DNA of 64,000 nucleotides, taken from assembly GCA_040954595.2 (NCBI GenBank), contig CM082597.2:4221244-4285243 (forward strand), read 5' to 3'. Positions 15,001 to 30,000 of this stretch are shown here, piece by piece (position 1 is the first letter of the stretch; every line of letters begins with the position of its first letter). Both the position numbers and the translations under genes were made by a program. Source of the DNA: Balanoglossus misakiensis. Its lineage: Eukaryota; Animalia; Hemichordata. The notes under the pieces were generated by a model, which saw nothing but the letters and a program-made list of their open reading frames with translations, ran no database searches and was not told the DNA's origin.

Positions 15001-18000
15001 TTCATGGGTTAACCATCATGGTTTTTGTCGAAAAACCACGAATTTTCGAGTTGCCGAATTTCGAGATTTTCGGCCGATTTGAACATTTTTCATGGGTTAA
15101 CCATCATGGTTTTTGTCGAAAAACCACGAATTTTCGAGTTGCCGAATTTCGAGATTTTCGGCCGATTTGAACATTTTTCATGGGTTAACCATCAGGGTTT
15201 TTGTCGAAAAAGCACGAATTTTCGAGTTGCCGAATTTCGAGATTTTCGGCCGATTTGAACATTTTTCATGGGTTAACCATCAGGGTTTTTGTCGAAAAAG
15301 CACGAATTTTCGAGTTGCCGAATTTCGAGATTTTCGGCCGATTTGAACATTTTTCATGGGTTAACCATCATGGTTTTTGTCGAAAAAGCACGAATTTTCG
15401 AGTTGCCGAATTTCGAGATTTTCGGCCGATTTGAACATTTTTCATGGGTTAACCATCATGGTTTTTGTCGAAAAAGCACGAATTTTCGAGTTGCCGAATT
15501 TCGAGATTTTCGGCCCTTTTGAACATTTTTCATGGGTTAACCATCATGGTTTTTGTCGAAAAACCACGAATTTTCGAGTTGCCGAATTTCGAGATTTTCG
15601 GTCGATTTGAACATTTTTCATGGGTTAACCATCATGGTTTTTGTCGAAAAACCACGAATTTTCGAGTTGCCGAATTTCAAGATTTTCGGCCGATTTGAAC
15701 ATTTTTCATGGGTTAACCATCATGGTTTTTGTCGAAAACCACGAATTTTCGAGTTGCCGAATTTCGAGATTTTCGGCCGATTTGAACATTTTTCATGGGT
15801 TAACCATCATGGTTTTTGTCGAAAAAGCACGAATTTTCGAGTTGCCGAATTTCGAGATTTTCGGCCCTTTTGAACATTTTTCATGGGTTAACCATCATGG
15901 TTTTTGTCGAAAAACCACGAATTTTCGAGTTGCCGAATTTCGAGATTTTCGGCCCTTTTGAACATTTTTCATGGGTTAACCATCATGGTTTTTGTCGAAA
16001 AAGCACGAATTTTCGAGTTGCCGAATTTCGAGATTTTCGGCCGATTTGAACATTTTTCATGGGTTAACCATCATGGTTTTTGTCGAAAAACCACGAATTT
16101 TCGAGTTGCCGAATTTCGAGATTTTCGGCCGATTTGAACATTTTTCATGGGTTAACCATCATGGTTTTTGTCGAAAAACCACGAATTTTCGAGTTGCCGA
16201 ATTTCGAGATTTTCGGTCGATTTGAACATTTTTCATGGGTTAACCATCATGGTTTTTGTCGAAAAACCACGAATTTTCGAGTTGCCGAATTTCGAGATTT
16301 TCGGCCCTTTTGAACATTTTTCATGGGTTAACCATCATGGTTTTTGTCGAAAAACCACGAATTTTCGAGTTGCCGAATTTCGAGATTTTCGGCCCTTTTG
16401 AACATTTTTCATGGGTTAACCATCATGGTTTTTGTCGAAAAACCACGAATTTTCGAGTTGCCGAATTTCGAGATTTTCGGCCCTTTTGAACATTTTTCAT
16501 GGGTTAACCATCATGGTTTTTGTCGAAAAACCACGAATTTTCGAGTTGCCGAATTTCGAGATTTTCGGCCCTTTTGAACATTTTTCATGGGTTAACCATC
16601 ATGGTTTTTGTCGAAAAACCACGAATTTTCGAGTTGCCGAATTTCGAGATTTTCGGCCCTTTTGAACATTTTTCATGGGTTAGCCATCATGGTTTTTGTC
16701 GAAAAACCACGAATTTTCGAGTTGCCGAATTTCGAGATTTTCGGCCCCTTTGAACATTTTTCATGGGTTAACCATCATGGTTTTTGTCGAAAAACCACGA
16801 ATTTTCGAGTTGCCGAATTTCGAGATTTTCGGCCCTTTTGAACATTTTTCATGGGTTAACCATCATGGTTTTTGTCGAAAAACCACGAATTTTCGAGTTG
16901 CCGAATTTCGAGATTTTCGGCCCTTTTGAACATTTTTCATGGGTTAACCATCATGGTTTTTGTCGAAAAACCACGAATTTTCGAGTTGCCGAATTTCGAG
17001 ATTTTCGGCTGATTTGAACATTTTTCATGGGTTAACCATCATGGTTTTTGTCGAAAAACCACGAATTTTCGAGTTGCCGAATTTCGAGATTTTCGGCCGA
17101 TTTGAACATTTTTCATGGGTTAACAACCATCATGGTTTTTGTCGAAAAACCACGAATTTTCGAGTTGCCGAATTTCGAGATTTTCGGCCGATTTGAACAT
17201 TTTTCATGGGTTAACCATCATGGTTTTTGTCGAAAAAGCACGAATTTTCGAGTTGCCGAATTTCGAGATTTTCGGCCCTTTTGAACATTTTTCATGGGTT
17301 AACCATCATGGTTTTTGTCGAAAAACCACGAATTTTCGAGTTGCCGAATTTCGAGATTTTCGGCCCTTTTGAACATTTTTCATGGGTTAACCATCATGGT
17401 TTTTGTCGAAAAACCACGAATTTTCGAGTTGCCGAATTTCGAGATTTTCGGCCCTTTTGAACATTTTTCATGGGTTAACCATCATGGTTTTTGTCGAAAA
17501 ACCACGAATTTTCGAGTTGCCGAATTTCGAGATTTTCGGCCGATTTGAACATTTTTCATGGGTTAACCATCATGGTTTTTGTCGAAAAACCACGAATTTT
17601 CGAGTTGCCGAATTTCGAGATTTTCGGCCGATTTGAACATTTTTCATGGGTTAACCATCATGGTTTTTGTCGAAAAACCACGAATTTTCGAGTTGCCGAA
17701 TTTCGAGATTTTCGGTCGATTTGAACATTTTTCATGGGTTAACCATCATGGTTTTTGTCGAAAAACCACGAATTTTCGAGTTGCCGAATTTCGAGATTTT
17801 CGGCCGATTTGAACATTTTTCATGGGTTAACCATCATGGTTTTTGTCGAAAAACCACGAATTTTTGAGTTGCCGAATTTCGAGATTTTCGGCCGATTTGA
17901 ACATTTTTCATGGGTTAACCATCATGGTTTTTGTCGAAAAAGCACGAATTTTCGAGTTGCCGAATTTCGAGATTTTCGGCCCTTTTGAACATTTTTCATG

Positions 18001-21000
18001 GGTTAACCATCATGGTTTTTGTCGAAAAACCACGAATTTTCGAGTTGCCGAATTTCGAGATTTTCGGCCGATTTGAACATTTTTCATGGGTTAACCATCA
18101 TGGTTTTTGTCGAAAAACCACGAATTTTCGAGTTGCCGAATTTCGAGATTTTCGGCCGATTTGAACATTTTTCATGGGTTAACCATCATGGTTTTTGTCG
18201 AAAAACCACGAATTTTCGAGTTGCCGAATTTCGAGATTTTCGGTCGATTTGAACATTTTTCATGGGTTAACCATCATGGTTTTTGTCGAAAAACCACGAA
18301 TTTTCGAGTTGCCGAATTTCGAGATTTTCGGCCGATTTGAACATTTTTCATATGTTAACCATCATGGTTTTTGTCGAAAAACCACGAATTTTCGAGTTGC
18401 CGAATTTCGAGATTTTCGGTCGATTTGAACATTTTTCATGGGTTAACCATCATGGTTTTTGTCGAAAAACCACGAATTTTCGAGTTGCGAAATTTCGAGA
18501 TTTTCGGCCCTTTTGAACATTTTTCATGGGTTAACCATCATGGTTTTTGTCGAAAAACCGCGAATTTTCGAGTTGCCGAATTTCGAGATTTTCGGCCGAT
18601 TTGAACATTTTTCATGGGTTAACCATCATGGTTTTTGTCGAAAAACCACGAATTTTCGAGTTGCCGAATTTCGAGATTTTCGGCCGATTTGAACATTTTT
18701 CATGGGTTAACCATCATGGTTTTTGTCGAAAAACCACGAATTTTCGAGTTGCCGAATTTCGAGATTTTCGGCCGATTTGAACATTTTTCATGGGTTAACC
18801 ATCATGGTTTTTGTCGAAAAACCACGAATTTTCGAGTTGCCGAATTTCGAGATTTTCGGCCGATTTGAACATTTTTCATGGGTTAACCATCATGGTTTTT
18901 GTCGAAAAAGCACGAATTTTCGAGTTGCCGAATTTCGAGGTTTTCGGCCCTTTTGAACATTTTTCATGGGTTAGCCATCATGGTTTTTGTCGAAAAACCA
19001 CGAATTTTCGAGTTGCCGAATTTCGAGATTTTCGCCCTTTTGAACATTTTTCATGGGTTAACCATCATGGTTTTTGTCGAAAAACCACGAATTTTCGAGT
19101 TGCCGAATTTCGAGATTTTCGGCCGATTTGAACATTTTTCATGGGTTAACCATCATGGTTTTTGTCGAAAAACCACGAATTTTCGAGTTGCCGAATTTCG
19201 AGATTTTCGGCCGATTTGAACATTTTTCATGGGTTAACCATCATGGTTTTTGTCGAAAAACCACGAATTTTCGAGTTGCCGAATTTCGAGATTTTCGGTC
19301 GATTTGAACATTTTTCATGGGTTAACCATCATGGTTTTTGTCGAAAAACCACGAATTTTCGAGTTGCCGAATTTCGAGATTTTCGGCCGATTTGAACATT
19401 TTTCAGGGGTTAACCATCATGGTTTTTGTCGAAAAAGCACGAATTTTCGAGTTGCCGAATTTCGAGATTTTCGGCCGATTTGAACATTTTTCATGGGTTA
19501 ACCATCATGGTTTTTGTCGAAACACCACGAATTTTCGAGTTGCCGAATTTCGAGATTTTCGGCCGATTTGAACATTTTTCATGGGTTAACCATCATGGTT
19601 TTTGTCGAAAAACCACGAATTTTCGAGTTGCCGAATTTCGAGATTTTCGGTCGATTTGAACATTTTTCATGGGTTAACCATCATGGTTTTTGTCGAAAAA
19701 CCACGAATTTTCGAGTTGCCGAATTTCGAGATTTTCGGCCGATTTGAACATTTTTCATGGGTTAACCATCATGGTTTTTGTCGAAAAACCACGAATTTTC
19801 GAGTTGCCGAATTTCGAGATTTTCGGCCGATTTGAACATTTTTCATGGGTTAACCATCATGGTTTTTGTCGAAAAACCACGAATTTTCGAGTTGCCGAAT
19901 TTCGAGATTTTCGGCCCTTTTGAACATTTTTCATGGGTTAACCATCATGGTTTTTGTCGAAAAACCACGAATTTTCGAGTTGCCGAATTTCGAGATTTTC
20001 GGCCCTTTTGAACATTTTTCATGGGTTAACCATCATGGTTTTTGTCGAAAAACCACGAATTTTCGAGTTGCCGAATTTCGAGATTTTCGGCCCTTTTGAA
20101 CATTTTTCATGGGTTAACCATCATGGTTTTTGTCGAAAAAGCACGAATTTTCGAGTTGCCGAATTTCGAGATTTTCGGCCGATTTGAACATTTTTCATGG
20201 GTTAACCATCATGGTTTTTGTCGAAAAACCACGAATTTTCGAGTTGCCGAATTTCGAGATTTTCGGCCGATTTGAACATTTTTCATGGGTTAACCATCAT
20301 GGTTTTTGTCGAAAAACCACGAATTTTCGAGTTGCCGAATTTCGAGATTTTCGGCCGATTTGAACATTTTTCATGGGTTAACCATCATGGTTTTTGTCGA
20401 AAAACCACGAATTTTCGAGTTGCCGAATTTCGAGATTTTCGGCCCTTTTGAACATTTTTCATGGGTTAACCATCATGGTTTTTGTCGAAAAACCACGAAT
20501 TTTCGAGTTGCCGAATTTCGAGATTTTCGGCCCTTTTGAACATTTTTCATGGGTTAACCATCATGGTTTTTGTCGAAAAAGCACGAATTTTCGAGTTGCC
20601 GAATTTCGAGATTTTCGGCCCTTTTGAACATTTTTCATGGGTTAACCATCATGGTTTTTGTCGAAAAACCACGAATTTTCGAGTTGCCGAATTTCGAGAT
20701 TTTCGGCCCTTTTGAACATTTTTCATGGGTTAACCATCATGGTTTTTGTCGAAAAACCACGAATTTTCGAGTTGCCGAATTTCGAGATTTTCGGCCGATT
20801 TGAACATTTTTCATGGGTTAACCATCATGGTTTTTGTCGAAAAACCACGAATTTTCGAGTTGCCGAATTTCGAGATTTTCGGCCCTTTTGAACATTTTTC
20901 ATGGGTTAACCATCATGGTTTTTGTCGAAAAACCACGAATTTTCGAGTTGCCGAATTTCGAGATTTTCGGTCGATTTGAACATTTTTCATGGGTTAACCA

Positions 21001-24000
21001 TCATGGTTTTTGTCGAAAAACCACGAATTTTCGAGTTGCCGAATTTCGAGATTTTCGGCCGATTTGAACATTTTTCATGGGTTAACCATCATGGTTTTTG
21101 TCGAAAAACCACGAATTTTCGAGTTGCCGAATTTCGAGATTTTCGGCCGATTTGAACATTTTTCATGGGTTAACCATCATGGTTTTTGTCGAAAAAGCAC
21201 GAATTTTCGAGTTGCAGAATTTCGAGATTTTCGGCCCTTTTGAACATTTTTCATGGGTTAACCATCATGGTTTTTGTCGAAAAACCACGAATTTTCGAGT
21301 TGCCGAATTTCGAGATTTTCGGCCGATTTGAACATTTTTCATGGGTTAACCATCATGGTTTTTGTCGAAAAACCACGAATTTTCGAGTTGCCGAATTTCG
21401 AGATTTTCGGCCGATTTGAACATTTTTCATGGGTTAACCATCATGGTTTTTGTCGAAAAACCACGAATTTTCGAGTTGCCGAATTTCGAGATTTTCGGTC
21501 GATTTGAACATTTTTCATGGGTTAACCATCATGGTTTTTGTCGAAAAACCACGAATTTTCGAGTTGCCGAATTTCGAGATTTTCGGCCGATTTGAACATT
21601 TTTCATATGTTAACCATCATGGTTTTTGTCGAAAAACGACGAATTTTCGAGTTGCCGAATTTCGAGATTTTCGGCCGATTTGAACATTTTTCATGGGTTA
21701 ACCATCATGGTTTTTGTCGAAAAACCACGAATTTTCGAGTTGCCGAATTTCGAGATTTTCGGCCCTTTTGAACATTTTTCATGGGTTAACCATCATGGTT
21801 TTTGTCGAAAAACCGCGAATTTTCGAGTTGCCGAATTTCGAGATTTTCGGCCGATTTGAACATTTTTCATGGGTTAACCATCATGGTTTTTGTCGAAAAA
21901 CCACGAATTTTCGAGTTGCCGAATTTCGAGATTTTCGGCCGATTTGAACATTTTTCATGGGTTAACCATCATGGTTTTTGTCGAAAAACCACGAATTTTC
22001 GAGTTGCCGAATTTCGAGATTTTCGGTCGATTTGAACATTTTTCATGGGTTAACCATCATGGTTTTTGTCGAAAAACCACGAATTTTCGAGTTGCCGAAT
22101 TTCGAGATTTTCGGCCGATTTGAACATTTTTCATGGGTTAACCATCATGGTTTTTGTCGAAAAACCACGAATTTTCGAGTTGCCGAATTTCGAGATTTTC
22201 GGCCGATTTGAACATTTTTCATGGGTTAACCATCATGGTTTTTGTCGAAAAACCACGAATTTTCGAGTTGCCGAATTTCGAGATTTTCGGCCCTTTTGAA
22301 CATTTTTCATGGGTTAACCATCATGGTTTTTGTCGAAAAACCACGAATTTTCGAGTTGCCGAATTTCGAGATTTTCGGCCCTTTTGAACATTTTTCATGG
22401 GTTAACCATCATGGTTTTTGTCGAAAAACCACGAATTTTCGAGTTGCCGAATTTCGAGATTTTCGGCCCTTTTGAACATTTTTCATGGGTTAACCATCAT
22501 GGTTTTTGTCGAAAAAGCACGAATTTTCGAGTTGCCGAATTTCGAGATTTTCGGCCGATTTGAACATTTTTCATGGGTTAACCATCATGGTTTTTGTCGA
22601 AAAACCACGAATTTTCGAGTTGCCGAATTTCGAGATTTTCGGCCGATTTGAACATTTTTCATGGGTTAACCATCATGGTTTTTGTCGAAAAACCACGAAT
22701 TTTCGAGTTGCCGAATTTCGAGATTTTCGGCCGATTTGAACATTTTTCATGGGTTAACCATCATGGTTTTTGTCGAAAAACCACGAATTTTCGAGTTGCC
22801 GAATTTCGAGATTTTCGGCCGATTTGAACATTTTTCATGGGTTAACCATCATGGTTTTTGTCGAAAAACCACGAATTTTCGAGTTGCCGAATTTCGAGAT
22901 TTTCGGCCCTTTTGAACATTTTTCATGGGTTAACCATCATGGTTTTTGTCGAAAAACCACGAATTTTCGAGTTGCCGAATTTCGAGATTTTCGGCCCATT
23001 TGAACATTTTTCATGGGTTAACCATCATGGTTTTTGTCGAAAAACCACGAATTTTCGAGTTGCCGAATTTCGAGATTTTCGGCTGATTTGAACATTTTTC
23101 ATGGGTTAACCATCATGGTTTTTGTCGAAAAACCACGAATTTTCGAGTTGCCGAATTTCGAGATTTTCGGCCGATTTGAACATTTTTCATGGGTTAACCA
23201 TCATGGTTTTTGTCGAAAAACCACGAATTTTCGAGTTGCCGAATTTCGAGATTTTCGGCCGATTTGAACATTTTTCATGGGTTAACCATCATGGTTTTTG
23301 TCGAAAAACCACGAATTTTCGAGTTGCCGAATTTCGAGATTTTCGGCCGATTTGAACATTTTTCATGGGTTAACCATCATGGTTTTTGTCGAAAAACCAC
23401 GAATTTTCGAGTTGCCGAATTTCGAGATTTTCGGCCGATTTGAACATTTTTCATGGGTTAACCATCATGGTTTTTGTCGAAAAACCACGAATTTTCGAGT
23501 TGCCGAATTTCGAGATTTTCGGCCCTTTTGAACATTTTTCATGGGTTAACCATCATGGTTTTTGTCGAAAAAGCACGAATTTTCGAGTTGCCGAATTTCG
23601 AGATTTTCGGTCGATTTGAACATTTTTCATGGGTTAACCATCATGGTTTTTGTCGAAAAAGCACGAATTTTCGAGTTGCCGAATTTCGAGATTTTCGGCC
23701 GATTTGAACATTTTTCATGGGTTAACCATCATGGTTTTTGTCGAAAAACCACGAATTTTCGAGTTGCCGAATTTCGAGATTTTCGGTCGATTTGAACATT
23801 TTTCATGGGTTAACCATCATGGTTTTTGTCGAAAAACCACGAATTTTCGAGTTGCCGAATTTCGAGATTTTCGGCCGATTTGAACATTTTTCATGGGTTA
23901 ACCATCATGGTTTTTGTCGAAAAACCACGAATTTTCGAGTTGCCGAATTTCGAGATTTTCGGCCGATTTGAACATTTTTCATGGGTTAACCATCATGGTT

Positions 24001-27000
24001 TTTGTCGAAAAACCACGAATTTTCGAGTTGCCGAATTTCGAGATTTTCGGCCCTTTTGAACATTTTTCATGGGTTAACCATCATGGTTTTTGTCGAAAAA
24101 CCACGAATTTTCGAGTTGCCGAATTTCGAGATTTTCGGCCCTTTTGAACATTTTTCATGGGTTAACCATCATGGTTTTTGTCGAAAAACCACGAATTTTC
24201 GAGTTGCCGAATTTCGAGATTTTCGGCCCTTTTGAACATTTTTCATGGGTTAACCATCATGGTTTTTGTCGAAAAAGCACGAATTTTCGAGTTGCCGAAT
24301 TTCGAGATTTTCGGCCGATTTGAACATTTTTCATGGGTTAACCATCATGGTTTTTGTCGAAAAACCACGAATTTTCGAGTTGCCGAATTTCGAGATTTTC
24401 GGCCGATTTGAACATTTTTCATGGGTTAACCATCATGGTTTTTGTCGAAAAACCACGAATTTTCGAGTTGCCGAATTTCGAGATTTTCGGCCGATTTGAA
24501 CATTTTTCATGGGTTAACCATCATGGTTTTTGTCGAAAAACCACGAATTTTCGAGTTGCCGAATTTCGAGATTTTCGGCCGATTTGAACATTTTTCATGG
24601 GTTAACCATCATGGTTTTTGTCGAAAAACCACGAATTTTCGAGTTGCCGAATTTCGAGATTTTCGGCCCTTTTGAACATTTTTCATGGGTTAACCATCAT
24701 GGTTTTTGTCGAAAAACCACGAATTTTCGAGTTGCCGAATTTCGAGATTTTCGGCCCATTTGAACATTTTTCATGGGTTAACCATCATGGTTTTTGTCGA
24801 AAAACCACGAATTTTCGAGTTGCCGAATTTCGAGATTTTCGGCTGATTTGAACATTTTTCATGGGTTAACCATCATGGTTTTTGTCGAAAAACCACGAAT
24901 TTTCGAGTTGCCGAATTTCGAGATTTTCGGCCGATTTGAACATTTTTCATGGGTTAACCATCATGGTTTTTGTCGAAAAACCACGAATTTTCGAGTTGCC
25001 GAATTTCGAGATTTTCGGCCGATTTGAACATTTTTCATGGGTTAACCATCATGGTTTTTGTCGAAAAACCACGAATTTTCGAGTTGCCGAATTTCGAGAT
25101 TTTCGGCCGATTTGAACATTTTTCATGGGTTAACCATCATGGTTTTTGTCGAAAAACCACGAATTTTCGAGTTGCCGAATTTCGAGATTTTCGGCCGATT
25201 TGAACATTTTTCATGGGTTAACCATCATGGTTTTTGTCGAAAAACCACGAATTTTCGAGTTGCCGAATTTCGAGATTTTCGGCCCTTTTGAACATTTTTC
25301 ATGGGTTAACCATCATGGTTTTTGTCGAAAAAGCACGAATTTTCGAGTTGCCGAATTTCGAGATTTTCGGCCCTTTTGAACATTTTTCATGGGTTAACCA
25401 TCATGGTTTTTGTCGAAAAAGCACGAATTTTCGAGTTGCCGAATTTCGAGATTTTCGGCCCTTTTGAACATTTTTCATGGGTTAACCATCATGGTTTTTG
25501 TCGAAAAAGCACGAATTTTCGAGTTGCCGAATTTCGAGGTTTTCGGCCCTTTTGAACATTTTTCATGGGTTAGCCATCATGGTTTTTGTCGAAAAACCAC
25601 GAATTTTCGAGTTGCCGAATTTCGAGATTTTCGGCCCTTTTGAACATTTTTCATGGGTTAACCATCATGGTTTTTGTCGAAAAACCACGAATTTTCGAGT
25701 TGCCGAATTTCGAGATTTTCGGCCCTTTTGAACATTTTTCATGGGTTAACCATCATGGTTTTTGTCGAAAAACCACGAATTTTCGAGTTGCCGAATTTCG
25801 AGATTTTCGGCTGATTTGAACATTTTTCATGGGTTAACCATCATGGTTTTTGTCGAAAAACCACGAATTTTCGAGTTGCCGAATTTCGAGATTTTCGGCC
25901 GATTTGAACATTTTTCATGGGTTAACCATCATGGTTTTTGTCGAAAAACCACGAATTTTCGAGTTGCCGAATTTCGAGATTTTCGGCCGATTTGAACATT
26001 TTTCATGGGTTAACCATCATGGTTTTTGTCGAAAAACCACGAATTTTCGAGTTGCCGAATTTCGAGATTTTCGGCCGATTTGAACATTTTTCATGGGTTA
26101 ACCATCATGGTTTTTGTCGAAAAACCACGAATTTTCGAGTTGCCGAATTTCGAGATTTTCGGCCGATTTGAACATTTTTCATGGGTTAACCATCATGGTT
26201 TTTGTCGAAAAACCACGAATTTTCGAGTTGCCGAATTTCGAGATTTTCGGCCCTTTTGAACATTTTTCATGGGTTAACCATCATGGTTTTTGTCGAAAAA
26301 GCACGAATTTTCGAGTTGCCGAATTTCGAGATTTTCGGTCGATTTGAACATTTTTCATGGGTTAACCATCATGGTTTTTGTCGAAAAAGCACGAATTTTC
26401 GAGTTGCCGAATTTCGAGATTTTCGGCCGATTTGAACATTTATCATGGGTTAACCATCATGGTTTTTGTCGAAAAACCACGAATTTTCGAGTTGCCGAAT
26501 TTCGAGATTTTCGGTCGATTTGAACATTTTTCATGGGTTAACCATCATGGTTTTTGTCGAAAAACCACGAATTTTCGAGTTGCCGAATTTCGAGATTTTC
26601 GGCCGATTTGAACATTTTTCATGGGTTAACCATCATGGTTTTTGTCGAAAAACCACGAATTTTCGAGTTGCCGAATTTCGAGATTTTCGGCCGATTTGAA
26701 CATTTTTCATGGGTTAACCATCATGGTTTTTGTCGAAAAACCACGAATTTTCGAGTTGCCGAATTTCGAGATTTTCGGCCCTTTTGAACATTTTTCATGG
26801 GTTAACCATCATGGTTTTTGTCGAAAAACCACGAATTTTCGAGTTGCCGAATTTCGAGATTTTCGGCCCTTTTGAACATTTTTCATGGGTTAACCATCAT
26901 GGTTTTTGTCGAAAAACCACGAATTTTCGAGTTGCCGAATTTCGAGATTTTCGGCCCTTTTGAACATTTTTCATGGGTTAACCATCATGGTTTTTGTCGA

Positions 27001-30000
27001 AAAAGCACGAATTTTCGAGTTGCCGAATTTCGAGATTTTCGGCCGATTTGAACATTTTTCATGGGTTAACCATCATGGTTTTTGTCGAAAAACCACGAAT
27101 TTTCGAGTTGCCGAATTTCGAGATTTTCGGCCGATTTGAACATTTTTCATGGGTTAACCATCATGGTTTTTGTCGAAAAACCACGAATTTTCGAGTTGCC
27201 GAATTTCGAGATTTTCGGCCGATTTGAACATTTTTCATGGGTTAACCATCATGGTTTTTGTCGAAAAACCACGAATTTTCGAGTTGCCGAATTTCGAGAT
27301 TTTCGGCCGATTTGAACATTTTTCATGGGTTAACCATCATGGTTTTTGTCGAAAAACCACGAATTTTCGAGTTGCCGAATTTCGAGATTTTCGGCCCTTT
27401 TGAACATTTTTCATGGGTTAACCATCATGGTTTTTGTCGAAAAACCACGAATTTTCGAGTTGCCGAATTTCGAGATTTTCGGCCCATTTGAACATTTTTC
27501 ATGGGTTAACCATCATGGTTTTTGTCGAAAAACCACGAATTTTCGAGTTGCCGAATTTCGAGATTTTCGGCTGATTTGAACATTTTTCATGGGTTAACCA
27601 TCATGGTTTTTGTCGAAAAACCACGAATTTTCGAGTTGCCGAATTTCGAGATTTTCGGCCGATTTGAACATTTTTCATGGGTTAACCATCATGGTTTTTG
27701 TCGAAAAACCACGAATTTTCGAGTTGCCGAATTTCGAGATTTTCGGCCGATTTGAACATTTTTCATGGGTTAACCATCATGGTTTTTGTCGAAAAACCAC
27801 GAATTTTCGAGTTGCCGAATTTCGAGATTTTCGGCCGATTTGAACATTTTTCATGGGTTAACCATCATGGTTTTTGTCGAAAAACCACGAATTTTCGAGT
27901 TGCCGAATTTCGAGATTTTCGGCCGATTTGAACATTTTTCATGGGTTAACCATCATGGTTTTTGTCGAAAAACCACGAATTTTCGAGTTGCCGAATTTCG
28001 AGATTTTCGGCCCTTTTGAACATTTTTCATGGGTTAACCATCATGGTTTTTGTCGAAAAAGCACGAATTTTCGAGTTGCCGAATTTCGAGATTTTCGGCC
28101 CTTTTGAACATTTTTCATGGGTTAGCCATCATGGTTTTTGTCGAAAAAGCACGAATTTTCGAGTTGCCGAATTTCGGGATTTTCGGCCCTTTTGAACATT
28201 TTTCATGGGTTAACCATCATGGTTTTTGTCGAAAAAGCACGAATTTTCGAGTTGCCGAATTTCGAGGTTTTCGGCCCTTTTGAACATTTTTCATGGGTTA
28301 GCCATCATGGTTTTTGTCGAAAAACCACGAATTTTCGAGTTGCCGAATTTCGAGATTTTCGGCCCTTTTGAACATTTTTCATGGGTTAACCATCATGGTT
28401 TTTGTCGAAAAACCACGAATTTTCGAGTTGCCGAATTTCGAGATTTTCGGCCCTTTTGAACATTTTTCATGGGTTAACCATCATGGTTTTTGTCGAAAAA
28501 CCACGAATTTTCGAGTTGCCGAATTTCGAGATTTTCGGCCGATTTGAACATTTTTCATGGGTTAACCATCATGGTTTTTGTCGAAAAACCACGAATTTTC
28601 GAGTTGCCGAATTTCGAGATTTTTGGCTGATTTGAACATTTTTCATGGGTTAACCATCATGGTTTTTGTCGAAAAACCACGAATTTTCGAGTTGCCGAAT
28701 TTCGAGATTTTCGGCCGATTTGAACATTTTTCATGGGTTAACCATCATGGTTTTTGTCGAAAAACCACGAATTTTCGAGTTGCCGAATTTCGAGATTTTC
28801 GGCCGATTTGAACATTTTTCATGGGTTAACCATCATGGTTTTTGTCGAAAAAGCACGAATTTTCGAGTTGCCGAATTTCGAGATTTTCGGCCGATTTGAA
28901 CATTTTTCATGGGTTAACCATCATGGTTTTTGTCGAAAAAGCACGAATTTTCGAGTTGCCGAATTTCGAGATTTTCGGCCCTTTTGAACATTTTTCATGG
29001 GTTAACCATCATGGTTTTTGTCGAAAAACCACGAATTTTCGAGTTGCCGAATTTCGAGATTTTCGGCCCTTTTGAACATTTTTCATGGGTTAACCATCAT
29101 GGTTTTTGTCGAAAAACCACGAATTTTCGAGTTGCCGAATTTCGAGATTTTCGGCCCTTTTGAACATTTTTCATGGGTTAACCATCATGGTTTTTGTCGA
29201 AAAATCACGAATTTTCGAGTTGCCGAATTTCGAGATTTTCGGCCGATTTGAACATTTTTCATGGGTTAACCATCATGGTTTTTGTCGAAAAACCACGAAT
29301 TTTCGAGTTGCCGAATTTCGAGATTTTCGGCCGATTTGAACATTTTTCATGGGTTAACCATCATGGTTTTTGTCGAAAAACCACGAATTTTCGAGTTGCC
29401 GAATTTCGAGATTTTCGGTCGATTTGAACATTTTTCATGGGTTAACCATCATGGTTTTTGTCGAAAAACCACGAATTTTCGAGTTGCCGAATTTCGAGAT
29501 TTTCGGCCGATTTGAACATTTTTCATGGGTTAACCATCATGGTTTTTGTCGAAAAACTACGAATTTTCGAGTTGCCGAATTTCGAGATTTTCGGCCGATT
29601 TGAACATTTTTCATGGGTTAACCATCATGGTTTTTGTCGAAAAAGCACGAATTTTCGAGTTGCCGAATTTCGAGATTTTCGGCCCTTTTGAACATTTTTC
29701 ATGGGTTAACCATCATGGTTTTTGTCGAAAAAGCACGAATTTTCGAGTTGCCGAATTTCGAGATTTTCGGCCGATTTGAACATTTTTCATGGGTTAACCA
29801 TCATGGTTTTTGTCGAAAAACCACGAATTTTCGAGTTGCCGAATTTCGAGATTTTCGGCCGATTTGAACATTTTTCATGGGTTAACCATCATGGTTTTTG
29901 TCGAAAAACCACGAATTTTCGAGTTGCCGAATTTCGAGATTTTCGGTCGATTTGAACATTTTTCATGGGTTAACCATCATGGTTTTTGTCGAAAAAGCAC

